This document shows positions 36,174 to 48,906 of a DNA stretch of 64,000 nucleotides, piece after piece. The stretch is from Basidiobolus meristosporus CBS 931.73 (lineage: Eukaryota > Fungi > Basidiobolomycota), in contig MCFE01000242.1 in NCBI GenBank assembly GCA_002104905.1, positions 53,647 through 117,646 on the forward strand, in the 5' to 3' direction. A program made the translations under genes and the position numbers. The stretch's first letter is position 1. Each line of letters starts with the position of its first letter. The notes under the pieces were generated by a model that saw nothing but the letters and a program-made list of their open reading frames with translations, did not search any database and was not told the DNA's origin.

Positions 36174-38038
36174 CTAAATGGGATCCTGACAGCTGATCTG
36201 GATTGGATCCACCTGCAGGACCATATTATTTTTCATATGGCCTACAGCTTTATGCCACTGTTCATTTGTGGGATCCCACACATCCTGGTCTTCAGCTAGC
36301 ATTGCAAGGTCTAGCTCCTCATCTGCCAGTCTTTGCAATATATCCTTGCAGTATTCAAGTGTGTTTCCTTGAGCACTGCTCTTGAAGAAGTGCTGCAACC
36401 TCTTGGTGTGCCTATTAATGTTCCAAAATTCCACTGAAGGCATTGTGATAACCTTTTGAATTCTTGACAATGTTGCTTTGTCTGTCAGTGGGATCTCCAC
36501 TCTGTCAACAATGGAGGACAAGGGGGCTGAGGTAGACAAATTGCCTTTCTCTGCAAACTCATCTACCTCACTGGGGCACAGCTCAACAGGCTGCACTTCC
36601 AACTCATGTGAAAACAGCTGTTTTCTTATTGGTAATTCTTCTTGGCTATATTGTGATTAAGCCTGTTGTGTGCTTCCAGCATTAATTGGCAAGAACTGCA
36701 GCTTTTTTCTCACACTTTGCCATCTCAGGCTTGGGTAGACTTTTTCCTATTTACCTTTCCCTTTGTCCCCACCAGGTCTTGTACGGCTACTTTGTCTGAG
36801 TGCTTCTTGTATTGAACTATATTTTCTCCTTGATAAATGCTGCTTTGATGCATCTGTTTTGGCCTGCTTGTCCCTTGCTGGCACTCAGCAGGCAACCTGA
36901 AACTTTGTTCCTGCTTGTTTTTTGCTCTCAGTGCATGCTGTGATGGGCTCCTTAGGTAGCCACTTGTTTTTATAACTGCCAGGTCCTTTAGTGCTACTCT
37001 GATTGAGTACTTCTTGAGTAGAACTACGCTTTTTCCTTGGTAAATGCTGTGCTAGTGCATCTGTATTTGCCTGCTTTTCCCTTATTGACACTCTTCCAGC
37101 TATCTGATGCCTCTTTGCCACTTGTTTGGGGCTTTTGGCCCTGCTTGTAACAGGCTCTTGAGGAAGCTGCTGGTTTTTAGCCATTGCACCCTTGATCTTC
37201 TACCTTTGATAGTGTCTGCTAATCTTGTGATACTTTCTTAGCATACCAATGCTGGCCAAAAATCTGTTTGCTTGCTTGAATCCAGGATAATGCTCATGAA
37301 GTAAGTCAAGCACATTTTGCTTGGCCTTGAGTTCCCAATGGTCCCATGGTATGGCAGCCTTGAGGTGTTAGCATGCTAGACTTCTAACAACCTCATGAAT
37401 ATTAGCCCACTGTTCATCACTGCACTAAACAGCTTCACAGAAGTTCATTCTCTTTTGATTTTTAGGCTCTGGTATAAACACTACATTTTCTCCCTCCCAT
37501 GCTGTGATAGATTCTTCTGTGGGTTTTATCTTTGGGCACTGTTGTTGTGCATCAATAAATGTACAGTGTTCCTCTGCTGTTACATTAGGAAATGGCTCAT
37601 TTGCTGTGACTTTGAGCTATTTGAGTTCCTTCTTTGCCGCAACAATACTGCCTGCTCTACCTGGGATATTGATTACTATGCTCCTTTTATCTGCTCATCC
37701 TGTTTCTGGACTATTTCCTTATTTCTCTGGGCCATTGCATCTATCCTATCAGCCACTGCACCTAATTGCCCCATTAATGCTTTGGTATGAGCTGACAACA
37801 TACTTGCTAATACAGGTGATGGTGATGTTATGATGGTCACTTGCTGGTCTTCAACTAAAGGTACTGCCAGTGCTACAGTATTATTTGCCTCAGCAAAATG
37901 ATCAGCTTGTGGCTCCATAGAGATTCCCAATTGCCTACTTGGCCAAGAGCCTGAGGAGCCCCCATTATTCCCTTCAGTGGGCACACTGTCCACAGGGCCT
38001 TTTTTGGTTGTAGCCACACTTGTTGCACTAAACATCAA
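36174..38038 (-). pseudogene. Second ORF (TnpA-like accessory or DNA-binding protein) of the CACTA-like unit, degenerate
   Basis: Frames 37676-38038, 36885-37184 and 36174-36602 plus an internal helical segment IPWDHWELKAKQNVLDLLHEHYPGFKQANRFLASIGMLRKYH. Homologous pieces occur at 32319-33050, 48587-48800 and 55730-56400. Confidence 0.65.
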
Positions 38039-41000
38039 AGCAAGCTGTTGTCCAACTGTTCTTCTGCTGCTGTCAGCAGTGGGGTTAAGTTGGGAACCAG
38101 AAAACTTTGCTTATTTTTTTGGCAGCATATACATGGAAGTGAGTCAAACCAAAGGGGAAATTGTGTTACATATACATGTGTATGTGATGTCACAACTTTA
38201 TTTATAATGCTTACTATAGTGGGTCATAATTAAATCTTACATTCATGTAGGCGCAATGTCTCAAATACAAGTCCGTCATAAACTTACATGAGTGTTGACA
38301 AAAAAGTGATACAATAGTATTACATTTTAAGTGTCAAACTGTTGGCCCCATGGACAAGACTACTTTGACTTAACACCATAAGAGAAGAGAAAGATGACCA
38401 TGTGGCTGTTGTAGCAAGCCTCTCAGCCATGAAGTGCACAGACAGCATAGGGAGTACTTACAGGATCACAGCTAGTGTTTTGCCACACAGGTCATATTTG
38501 GCCATTCACCAGTCACTACTGTACCAACAATATCTTGCTGGCCACTTGATACTACTATAATAGCATCTAGCTGTACTGTTCACCTTGCACAAACTGAGTC
38601 AGGTGAGTTTGTGAAACCTTTAGGCTCACCCCAGCCTTCTGAATAAGGCATGCAGAGTGATAGTTTTGAAGAAGCTGGCTTGCTGATGAATAGTGAGCCT
38701 ATCCTCCTTTACAATGGTACCCTGCATGAGCCTGGCAAAATCCCATTATGCAATGAGATCACACCTGTGGAAAAAATGCCAAGGATACCTTACGGAGTCA
38801 AGTGAGCACAGTAATCCATCTGCTGGTGAATGATTTGATGTTGTGGCTAGAGAAGTGGCATGTTTCCACTAATATCAGTAAAGGGGGCTTTGAGGATTTA
38901 CTACTACTTCTTGCCAAAATCATCCCAGGATGCAACTTACCATATAAGTGGTATATATAGAATACTGTCATGCAGCTGGCAACATAAGACCCAGAAACCA
39001 TTCTGATACCAGCATGTGTTAATAGCTGCATGGTGTTTACATCAGAAAATGCCACCATTGCAAGGTGTCCAACTTGTCAGGAATCCGCCACCATTGGGGG
39101 AAAACTGTTGTAAAAATCTGTAACTCCACCTAAATATTCCCCTAACCTAATTGCTCAGATCATTACCATCAAATCCTAAAAAATATTGATCAAAATCCTT
39201 GTAGGGATTTACCAATAATATTTACACAGAATGTGAAATTAGATAAGTTGTCCAAACAGCCCCAAGCATTGCGTATATGCTCTTGGGACCTTCCTAAACC
39301 TATTCTACATGTTTGTTATGCCAGTACCATGTAAAAGTATAAATAATAGTTTTGCATTCAATAAATCATTAAGTGAAAACCACATATTCTACCAGTCCTC
39401 TCAAATCACTGCCAATATCTCCAAGACTCTTACAACAGGTTATGAGCCCTGAGCTGTCACTTGCTGCATTGTCTGCTACTGCTACTACTGGAATATCTCC
39501 CTCAGCCAAGAAGCTGGATGGATCTAACTACCAAGTGTGGAAGGTGAAGATGAAGTTGCTGCTACACAAGAGAGGTCATTGAGATATTGTCATGGGAGAA
39601 GAATGCCCTCCTAAAAATGTGGAGAGGAATTGTTAAAGTACCAGAAGTAAGAACAAAGTGCCTTTAACTGCATTTGCCTTAATGTCAACAACAGATTGCT
39701 AATTAAATGCTCAAGAGCAAAAATGGCAAAAAATACCTGGAAGGCATTCAAAGACACCTACCAGTCATGTCAGCTGCTAAGAAAATGTATCTGAGACAAA
39801 AACTCTTTCCTACTAAGATGCAGCCAGGAGAAGAAATGAAATATCTAATGAACAGAATTGCCCTGCTGGTGGATAAGATGGAATCTGTGGGTGTACCAAC
39901 TACTGATGAGGATGTGATAGTTACCATTGTGAATAGCCTAAAAGACAACTTTCAGGGCCTTGTATCAGCCATAGAGTCCAGAACTGAAAATTTGACCTTA
40001 AATTAGGTATTTGGAAGGCTCCTGTATGCAAAATTAAGAAAATTGGGTGCCAATAAGAATGAAGAAGAAAATGCCTCAATAAGCTATGATAACCAGCAAA
40101 GGAGGTACCCAAAGCTTTTTAAAGGCAATACCAACCAGTTTTGCAGCTACTACAAGATGAAAGAACACACATCAGACCAGTGTCTCAAACAGAGAGTTGA
40201 TCAGCAAAAGAAGCCTGAACATAGAAATACTGCAACAACTGAAGACAGCCTATTCATATACATACTAAATTTGTCCACAAACGAGGTTTCTCAGACTTGA
40301 TATATTGGCTCTGCAGCATCTCAATACATAACACAACAAACAGAACTTTTTACCCAATTTCAAGAAATTCCAGTTAAGTAGGTTTTCATGGATCACACTA
40401 TAATACTTTATGCAGTGGGAAAAAAAACAATCCAAGTAAACCTTAAAAGCAGTGAGGAAGCCATCACTGAGCTTTAAAGAAGTACTCTATGTACCAGAAA
40501 TAGCCAAGGACCTATTATCTGTGAGCAAGGCCACTGCAGAAGGAATCAGTTTTAGCTTTGACAATTGTGGATGCAGGATCACAGCTCAAAATGGTGCCCA
40601 TATTGCCTTGGATACCAGAGATCAAAATCTTTACAAGTTGACTTATATTCCTTCATATCTGGAAGCCAGCATAAGTAACTTTACTGAAGAAATGCCAAAG
40701 CTTTAGCACAGGAGATTTGGGCATATCAATTTTGATTATTTGAGCAAAACGTCAAAGATCAGCTGATTTTCAGAATCATAATTGATCCCCCAGCTAGTTT
40801 GGGACACTGTGCAGCCTGTTTACATGGGAGACAAGCCAGACAATTGTTCAAGAGCTATGGGCTAATCAAAACTGAGAAAATATTACATCATATTCAAACA
40901 CATCTCCGTGGACCTGTGCAAAATTTATCCTTAGGCAGGATGAAGTATTTGATCACTTTTGTTGATGATTATACAAGATACATGTGGGTTTACTTCATGG

Positions 41001-41770
41001 AGAGAAAGGAAGAAGCTCTGTCTAAGTTCAGGGAGTTCAAAACAATGGTGGAGAGAGAAACTGGTGAAAAAATCAAGAAAAATGCTCTGACAATGGGGGA
41101 GAATATATCTTAAAACTCTTCATCCACTTCTGGAAAATTCATGGGATAAAGCAAGAGACTACTGTACCATACTCCCCACATTAAAATGGAGTAGCAGAAC
41201 ATGTAATCAGACTGACAACTGAGATGGCAAGATCTATGATCCATGATCAAAAACTATCCTATGATTTTTGGGTAGAATCAGTTGCCCCAGCTGTATACCA
41301 TAAAATAGAACATAAAATAGAGTCCTTTGTGATTCTACTCCATTTGAAGCATGGAATGGATACAGACTAAGTGCAAAACATCTCAGAATATTTGGGTATA
41401 GAGCAAATGCCAAGAAACTGCCCCAAAATCAGTCAAGATTTGAGCCAAAAAGTGTAAGATGCATACTTTTGGCCTACTGCAATAAGAGTAAGGCATATAG
41501 ACCTTACAATACCAGAGCAAAGAAGCTGATCAAGTCCAGGGATGCTTTATTTGATGAAATTGCAAAAATATTTCAAAAAATGACATTAGACTTGTTCCGT
41601 TGGATAGTGCCACATAGTGCCAGCCGGTTTATAGTGCTGGATTGATCTGGCACTCTACGGCACTATCTGGCACCATAATTTCTACCATGATGCCAGTGGT
41701 ATGATACAGTTACTGGTAATTTTACTCAATCTTACTTATGTTGCTCAGAATAGTGCTTTCCTTGCTTTAT

Positions 41771-42655
41771 TTACTCTTCATAATGCTCCAGACACATTGC
41801 TCTCAGTGGATGTCTTCTTGTATGAACATACTGTGCATTGATAAGTATCTTAACTATTTTACCTATTCTGCTGTATTCTCCTATATATGACTTTCCTCTG
41901 TATTTACCTGCCAATATGCTGAATCTCTTCAAATATCCAAATGTGTGCTCTACCCTTACTCTGAAATGATTAAATATCTCATTGTAGAGCTTCTGCTTCC
42001 TGCTAAGCACACCATTCCTTGGCTTCCTATAAGCTGTAATACATCCTAATCTCTGACAATCCTCTCCTATATAGGCTAAGTCTGCCATACATTTCTCCCC
42101 TCTACTGAATTCAGGATGATTCTCTACCCACAGTGCTTTGTCATGCCTACTTCCAGCAAATGGCCCACTAAACCAGATGATGTTACCCTCAATGTCAGAC
42201 AGTGCTTGAAACTTCACACAGTGTGCCTTGTACTTGCCAGAATAAAAGTGCCTCTGCCCTCTAGAAGGTCTGTTAATCCTCACTGGGAAGGTATCCAAAA
42301 TACTCCTGATATGGAACCTGTTGCTGAACACTCTGGGATATGGAAGTCTATTGGAGCTTCTGAACCTAGTATTCCAAGCTTGCTCTAAGTCATTCATACC
42401 CTCTGCAAGGTGGTTCTCCATTGCTGTCAGCTGGGAATGAAAGCTTCTAGGACTTTTGTTGCCATGGATGGTGGGATGAAACCTTGTAGGGCAATAGTTC
42501 TTGTAATAGCAGAGAAGCTTAACAAGGGATCTCCTTGAGTAGATTGGGGTTGATGGTCCACAGTACTTGGAATAGATCTCCTCCAGTGTGTCAAAAGGAA
42601 ATCCAGTGGTAGTGATGGGATTGATGAGAAAAGACCATTCCGATGAGTAAGTCAT
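41771..42655 (-). CDS. Intact DDE_Tnp_4-type (Harbinger/ISL2EU/IS5-like) transposase, 294 aa
   Basis: ILDTFPVRINRP (D1), FYSGKYKAHCVKFQ, SGPFAGSRHD, MADLAY (D2), RVRVEHTFGYLKRF (E), with an N-terminal helical/HTH-like region. No stops or frameshifts. Confidence 0.92.
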   Translation of the reverse strand: MTYSSEWSFLINPITTTGFPFDTLEEIYSKYCGPSTPIYSRRSLVKLLCYYKNYCPTRFHPTIHGNKSPRSFHSQLTAMENHLAEGMNDLEQAWNTRFRSSNRLPYPRVFSNRFHIRSILDTFPVRINRPSRGQRHFYSGKYKAHCVKFQALSDIEGNIIWFSGPFAGSRHDKALWVENHPEFSRGEKCMADLAYIGEDCQRLGCITAYRKPRNGVLSRKQKLYNEIFNHFRVRVEHTFGYLKRFSILAGKYRGKSYIGEYSRIGKIVKILINAQYVHTRRHPLRAMCLEHYEE

Positions 42656-43014
42656 ATTAAAATTGATGGATGATTGTATGGAAGCGGTTTGAATTGATTC
42701 GGCACGATCTGCGTTATTTATCTGATTTTTAACACATTATGGTTAAATCTCCATCAATTGCCATGTATCCCATCATTATGTTGCAAAAATCATCCGCAAA
42801 CAATGCCTTGGTACTTTTATTGATGCTTTAATCATAGGTTTATAATCAAATAGGAAATCTGCGATTGATGTGATCTGATCCGTGTCAACGCAATCCAAGA
42901 TGCATCATGCATAATATATGGAAAATTCAACAATCACATTAGTTTTCATATATATTTCATATAAGACCAGGTTGATGCCAATATACTGCTGTATAAGTAT
43001 CCAAATCCGTTGCT

Positions 43015-44256
43015 ATGGTCCCCATACCAAGCCTCAACTCATCTTTAGTACAACCCAGACAAAACCCATCCCCCAGCTCACAAGCATGGTCTGGACCGGA
43101 AAAGTCGATGTCGGATCCGTTTGAGTTCTTGCCAAATGATTTTAGTATGGCCCAAGTGTCTATGATGAGCCTTCATACAGATATTTGGACACTACTGATT
43201 AATCTAGCAGAACTAGATACCTCAGAGAGTTGACAAAGATGGAAGAATTTGAGTAGAAAGCTGTGGCATGAGTTCTACATCAAGATGCCAGCCAATGTAT
43301 GTAAAAAGATATATAACAAGACAAGTATTGAAATCAAGAATGAGCTGAGAGTGAGGGGATTTGACAAGGAAGCCGCGCGGGAATAATTTTGCGTGCAGTT
43401 TGCACAGTACGGGCCGGACGTGTCCGTTTGTGCCTCAACTTTGGGAACCAAAGAGATTTTGAATGAGTTTTTGCCTCAAATGACTAATGTACTACGTGAT
43501 ATATTAGTAGAGCTAAGTGGCTTCTGAGAGCAATATACACAAGACTCATCCAGGCAACAGCTCCAAAGTATCAGACAGAGGGTAAGTGAATACCTTGAGG
43601 AATCAGATGGTGAGCTTCAGGAGGAAGAATACAGACCGCAAGCAACATTGTCCAGATTGCGCCAGCACGCCTCGCTGGATTCCCTACCATCTCTTGCAAC
43701 CACAGCGCGCTGGCGCACGTCAGTCCAGACCACGCCAACACCCTTTACCAGAACGCCCCGCGTCAAGTCAATGCGTGTGCTTCAGAGCAAAACTACCAGA
43801 ACTTGCCAAACTGCTCATTTAGACACAAGTCCATTGGAGCGGACCGAGTCGCGTCAACATGCGGCATCACATCAAACTCAGCCAAGGGCCATCTCAACGC
43901 GTCAAGGCGCGCCTGCGCATGCCCTTTTGCCTGACCATCGGCAAGTTACTTCTGGTGAACTGACTGATGATGACCAACATGAAGTGACTCAACCACCGGA
44001 GCCCTTGGCAAGTAAAAGAACGCGTCAGCGCATGGCACTACAGGCCGGTTCAGTTGGTTCAGTTGGTTCAGTCGGAGCAATTCAGCGCGGCCAAGCTGCA
44101 GCATTGCACTCATCAACTAGGAGGCAAAATACTGACTACAAATACACAAGTAGCCAAGATGATAGTCAGCCAGGAAGTAGTATTGGTGTGCAAAGTGAGT
44201 CACTACCAAATGCTTCAGTAGTAATCCCTGTGAGAAAAAAACCCAGGAGAAGATGA
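43015..44256 (+). pseudogene. Second gene of the PHIS element (putative Myb/SANT-like DNA-binding partner); 413-codon frame with 3 in-frame stops
   Basis: One continuous frame interrupted only by TGA 43231, TAA 43384 and TGA 43525. Contains QRWKNLSRKLWHEFY and a C-terminal NLS-like RKKPRRR. Divergent from the transposase. Confidence 0.7.
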
Positions 44257-44935
44257 TGCAATTGCTTTGAATTGCTCACATTTGTAATGATCCCGACAAC
44301 CCTTTTTTTTTGCGATCCGAATTGAGCCATCACAAATCAGTGATCATCAAATTTTTGATATAAGTAATATCAAGGTCGTCTCACATTTGAGACAGAACCC
44401 CTATAAATAAACACCCTGCATATATATACGTCATCTGTAATACCAGTGCAGCTATTGGATCTGTTTTGCACCTACACAATTGCTTGCGTGCTAGCTATGA
44501 CACCTTGCCCAATCACTAGGATCAGGGATTTACTTGCTCAATGGGCAAAATGGGATATTTGATGGCAAATCAGGTAGCTTTTTCAGTAGTCAATGAGCCA
44601 ATTGGGGGCTGCCAGCTTCAGGATACTTTTGGACCAATTAACCACTGAGATACCGTCCAATTGGAGTGAGGGTAACCAAAATGGTAAGTATCAGTGTAGT
44701 TTATAGTGTGATACACATTTATTTCCATTTACATTAAAGAAACATATCCAAATACCGGATTTTACCTGCCATTATAGCGGTATCCGATCGCGCACGTGAT
44801 GCAAGCATTACGAGTTGGCGCAATCATCCGCGCCAACCTCATCGTGTCAGATTGTGCCATAGTGTGCAAGATTGTCCCGCATAGTGCGAAATCGTCCAAG
44901 AACAATCCTGCCTTCTGGTAGCTATAATATCGCGC

Positions 44936-46007
44936 TGTGGTGGTGTATAAGTCCAAGGGAGAGATACGTCCAACACTTCTCAAGTGTTTTGTGTGTGGGG
45001 TGTTCACTGGGTGCAATAACCTCTGGCAAAAGCTTGCTAGGAATACTTGGGTTCTGTCTCTAATCTAATGTGAAGGGGAATAAAGCCACAAGCTTGTCAA
45101 GGGAAAACTATTGAGCTACAATCCCCAACTTAGTTGGCGTCTTAACAAAAGTATGTGCTGGGTTCAGCGTCCTTTGAGATGACAATGTACTAAAGCTTCC
45201 AAAGTCAAAACAACTGTAAACTCCACCAGCAGGGACTTGATAAGAATGCAGCTTTGGTCAATAGTTACAAAGACAGAAAAGTATCTTTGCCTGTACAAGA
45301 ACAAACTTGGGAAAGAATCAAATATAATAAAAGATACCTACTCTGAGTATTCCTCACAAGTAGTGCCTCCAAGGTCAGTTGGCTGTCAGCGCGGTTTCCT
45401 GGGAGTGTCCTGTGGTCTAGGGTTGGAAGTTCAGGTAGCAGCAGGTAGCAGTGATCACACTAATCAACAAGTCGGTATATTGATAAAAGGGATGATGATT
45501 TATTGTTGAGGGATAGCCTCCCTTATATACTTTTCTCACTGGCTAAGTGATTACTAATCAAGGTGTTCCAGAAGGTTCCGGAGATCAATAGAAATCTTAA
45601 TGACATCAGAATGACCTAAGAATGTTCTAAGTAGGTGCCGGAAGGTTCTAAGAGGCACAGCACATCCAACCAATCAGGAATCAGTATTCTGAAACCTGTG
45701 TAACATGGGGATACCATATATGGTATGGAAATGGCTAGGGATGGTGACACGGGCTGATCATGTGTCACGGGTACTGGCGCGGGTACTTGCCTAATATAGA
45801 AGTACTTATAGCTAGTAATCTTACATAAAGTGAGGGTTAACTTATGCAATAAGGTAAGCAGGTGTGATAGTCAACCGGCTTATGGGATAGTACTGATTGG
45901 GTAAGACAAATGGGATAAAACTAAAATAAGTGTAGTAGAGATATAGGGAAGTAGAAAATAAGGGAATGAGCACATCTGTCAGTGGGTGTCACTGTCACCC
46001 CACTACA
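44936..46007 (-). mobile_element. 1,072-bp solo LTR (family D) with a 4-bp GCGC TSD, nested in the PHIS element
   Basis: Termini TGTGGTGGTG / CCCCACTACA, GCGC on both sides. A minus-strand TATATAA near 45525 is followed by AATAAA near 45500. Confidence 0.8.
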
Positions 46008-47921
46008 GCGCCCAATCGTTCTTTGCAACTGCGGATTGCGCCGCGCGCCCTGGCACGGTACGATGGAACAAGTCTATTGGATGGTAACAAAAATTTGATC
46101 TCAAGTCCACCAATTGTCAGGATTAAATCCAAGAAAAACAATGAAAACTTTTTACTCCAGAGGGCTATAAAACTATGGTTCAGCCTGCATCAGTGCCCAG
46201 GATTATCCCTCAACTGATCATTCCAGTATCAAATGCCAGGAGATCCAATTGGACATGAAATAGCCGAAGTTACTATATCAATGAGTGTAAAAACTTAGCA
46301 TATGCCTATTTAGTCCATATTGATGGACCCCAGACTGAAAAAGAGGCCTCAAGTAGCCCTAGATAAAGTTTGGAGATCTGCAATGACTGAGGAATATCAG
46401 GCCCTGATGGAAAATCAAACCTGAGACTTAGTCAAATTACCAATTAACCAAAAGTCAATTGGATGCAGACGGGTCTTTAAGACAAAATACAAGGCTGATG
46501 GTACATTTGAAAGATACAAAGCAAGACTTGTGGCCAAAGGATATTTGCAAACAAAAGGACATGACTAAACTGAGACCTTTGCACCAGTAGCCATGTTTAA
46601 TTCCATCAGATAGATTTTTGCTCTTGCAGCCAAATATAAGTATCTTATACATCAAATGTATGTAAAAACTGCACTTTTGAATGGAGAACTTAGTGGGGAT
46701 GTGTATATGAGTCAGCCTGTTGGGTAAGCTGACCAAGATAACCCATATTGGGACTGCAAGCTTGAAAAACTTCTGTATAGTCTCAAACAATCACTAAGAG
46801 CCTACAGTTGCAAGATGGATTATTATTTGAAATCTTTGAGTTTCAAAAGGAGAAATGCTGACCAGAGTATATACTATGAGCCAGATAAAGCAAATCCAGT
46901 TCTATTGGTCTAAATGTGGATGATCTTATTATAGCCACCAACAGCTTAGAAACATTGGAACAGTCTAAATCCAGTCTACTAAAGAGTTCAAGATATCCAA
47001 TCTAGGAGAACTCAGTTACTACCTAGGGATAGGGTTCTCCATTGACAGAAATACTCAGGCTATCACTCAAAGCCAATCCAAGTATAATCAAGATATACTA
47101 AAGAAGTACCAAATGGAAGACTGAGAACTGGCAGCTACCCCAATGGAAACAAACCTTAACTTGGTCAAAACTCAACCAAATCAAGGGAGCTTGGTGCCAT
47201 AAGAAAGCTCTGAGTTTCCTTATCAATCCATGGTTGACAATCTGATGCACATTATGCTTGGAACACATCCAGTTATTGCATATTTGGTGGGAGTTGTTAG
47301 CCAGCATAATCAGAACTATGGATATGATCATATTGCAGCAGTTAAGCGGATTTTTAGATTCCTAAAAAAAACTGCTGATATCTGCTTAAGATACACTTAT
47401 AAGGACTTAGAACAGCATCTTGAGGGATACTCTGATGCTGGCTGGGAACAAAATATAGAAGAAAGAAGATCCACTACAGGATATACCTTTCTTTACTGTC
47501 AAGGAGCAATTTCATGTAAATCAAGAACGCAACCAATTGTAGGACTTTCCACCACAGAGGCAGAGTATATGGCAGCCAGTGAAGCTACAAGGTTAAGTGA
47601 GTTTTGCACAGACTGAGGCCTATGTCAAAAAATGCTTATCACTTTATTTTAAGATAATCAAGAATGTATACTATTGGATAGAAATCCAACTTTTCATACT
47701 GAAGCTCAGCACATAGATTTTAGACATCATTTCATATGTGAAGCTCTAGAGAATAACTCAGCTATCTTAGTTTACTGTCCTTTGGATGAAATGATTGCAG
47801 ACATATTTACCAAAACGTTAGCTAGAGACAAGTTTAAATATCTTGGGCTAAAACTAGGACTAGTCAGTATGAACATTTAGCTTAGTGGGGGTGATGTAAA
47901 GGTTAATAATTCCACCTAAAT

Positions 47922-48586
47922 TGTTTGCTATATGAGCATCCCTTACAGACACTCAATTTGATTGGAGTTGAGTAATTTAGGCTGAAAACAAGCTCATTTC
48001 TCATCAATTGGCTTGTTTTCTGTTCCCCAATGAGTCCTAGCCTCCTATGCCATGTCTCCCAGTTAGTTTCATCAGTTTCAGCAATGTTGGCATGCTTAGG
48101 TACAATGCTATTGCATTGTAACTTGTATAAATTGTGATATCTGATTCCCAAAGCTAATTGTTGTTTGCTAGTAGAAGTCATCTTGAGAAAATGTTAAGGC
48201 AATTAGGACTCATAACTTGTTGCAATTTAAGAAGTGATTGGATATAAAGAACCTATCAAGATGTAGTGATAATAGTTGAACTGTTGTTTATTCACACCAA
48301 GGATCAGTATTTATACCTTTGTAGAAGTAATACAGCTGCAGAACTAAGTATGGAGGGCTTCCTAATACTGAGGAGCATTCTATAACAGTTTCACGGTTAG
48401 TACATAATGTCTGATAAAAAGTGTTAATTTGATCTTCTCTATAGGGGAATAATTGTAGGATCATAGATGTGAAGAAACTGGCAAAGTTGGGGCTGCAAAT
48501 AAGTCCTACAGTGATCAAGATTAGTCTGGAACTGTTAAGTGAATTTTTAGCTGCTGAATGATACCAAATAGTTGAGTATCTTGACA
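47922..48586 (-). mobile_element. Remnant of a second copia family (B): 5' LTR, PBS and GAG-pre-integrase fragment
   Basis: LTR-B 48218-48586 (TGTCAAG...TGCAACA on the minus strand), PBS-like gttatgagtcc, and LALGIRYHNLYKL..WHRRLGLIGE..CKGC. Gag is deleted and the remnant is joined to the A2 3' LTR stub. Confidence 0.85.
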
Positions 48587-48906
48587 GGTGGTGGTAATAC
48601 TTAGCAGTCACTTGTTAGTCCTAAACCAAAGGTACTGCTTCTGCAACATTCTCATTTTCCTAAGCATTATGGTCAGCATGCAGCTCAACAAATATTCTCA
48701 ATTGCCTACTGGATTGAATGCCAGAGGAGTCTGTATTATTACCTTCAGAGGGCACACTGTCAACATTGCATGTTTTGCATGCGACCCTACTTGTTGCACT
48801 GAATGTTATTACAAGCAGATATCCAATCAATCTTCTGCTGTTGTAAGTGATGGCATATGGTGTGGAAACAGACAACTTTGCTTTATTTCTTGGAAGCATA
48901 TACATG

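Larger units (their letters stand above)
32319..39105. mobile_element. Head-to-tail array of a degenerate ~4.98-kb CACTA/EnSpm (CMC)-like two-gene DNA transposon unit
   Basis: Matching anchors at 32341/37320 and 33376/38350. Each unit has a plus-strand Transposase_21/tnp2-like gene and a minus-strand second gene. Termini were not identified. Confidence 0.8.
41588..46075. mobile_element. PHIS-superfamily (PIF/Harbinger-ISL2EU group, Pangu-like) DNA transposon with TIRs and a 3-bp ATT TSD
   Basis: Ends AGACTTGTTCC...GTGCCA (41588) and TGGCAC...GGAACAAGTCT (46075). ATT flanks both sides (41585-41587, 46076-46078). Removing the element and one ATT restores the copia frame to the same length as A1 (ATG ACA TTG GAT GGT AAC AAA vs ATG ACA TCA GAT TAT GAC AAA). 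Confidence 0.92.
39106..47921 (+). mobile_element. Ty1/copia element A2 (same family as A1), heavily degenerate; interrupted by a PHIS transposon, 3' LTR truncated
   Basis: 5' LTR 39106-39437, PBS ggttatgagccc, gag/pol colinear with A1, PPT ttagtggggg, and only ~30 bp of 3' LTR (47892-47921). Inserted after ggaaaac in the CACTA-like transposase. Confidence 0.93.

Noticed and set aside
41586-46077. TA target duplication (Tc1/mariner-like) for the TIR element
   Set aside because: The TA model leaves one extra codon at the empty site relative to copia A1, whereas ATT restores the exact length. The transposase is also DDE_Tnp_4-type, not mariner.
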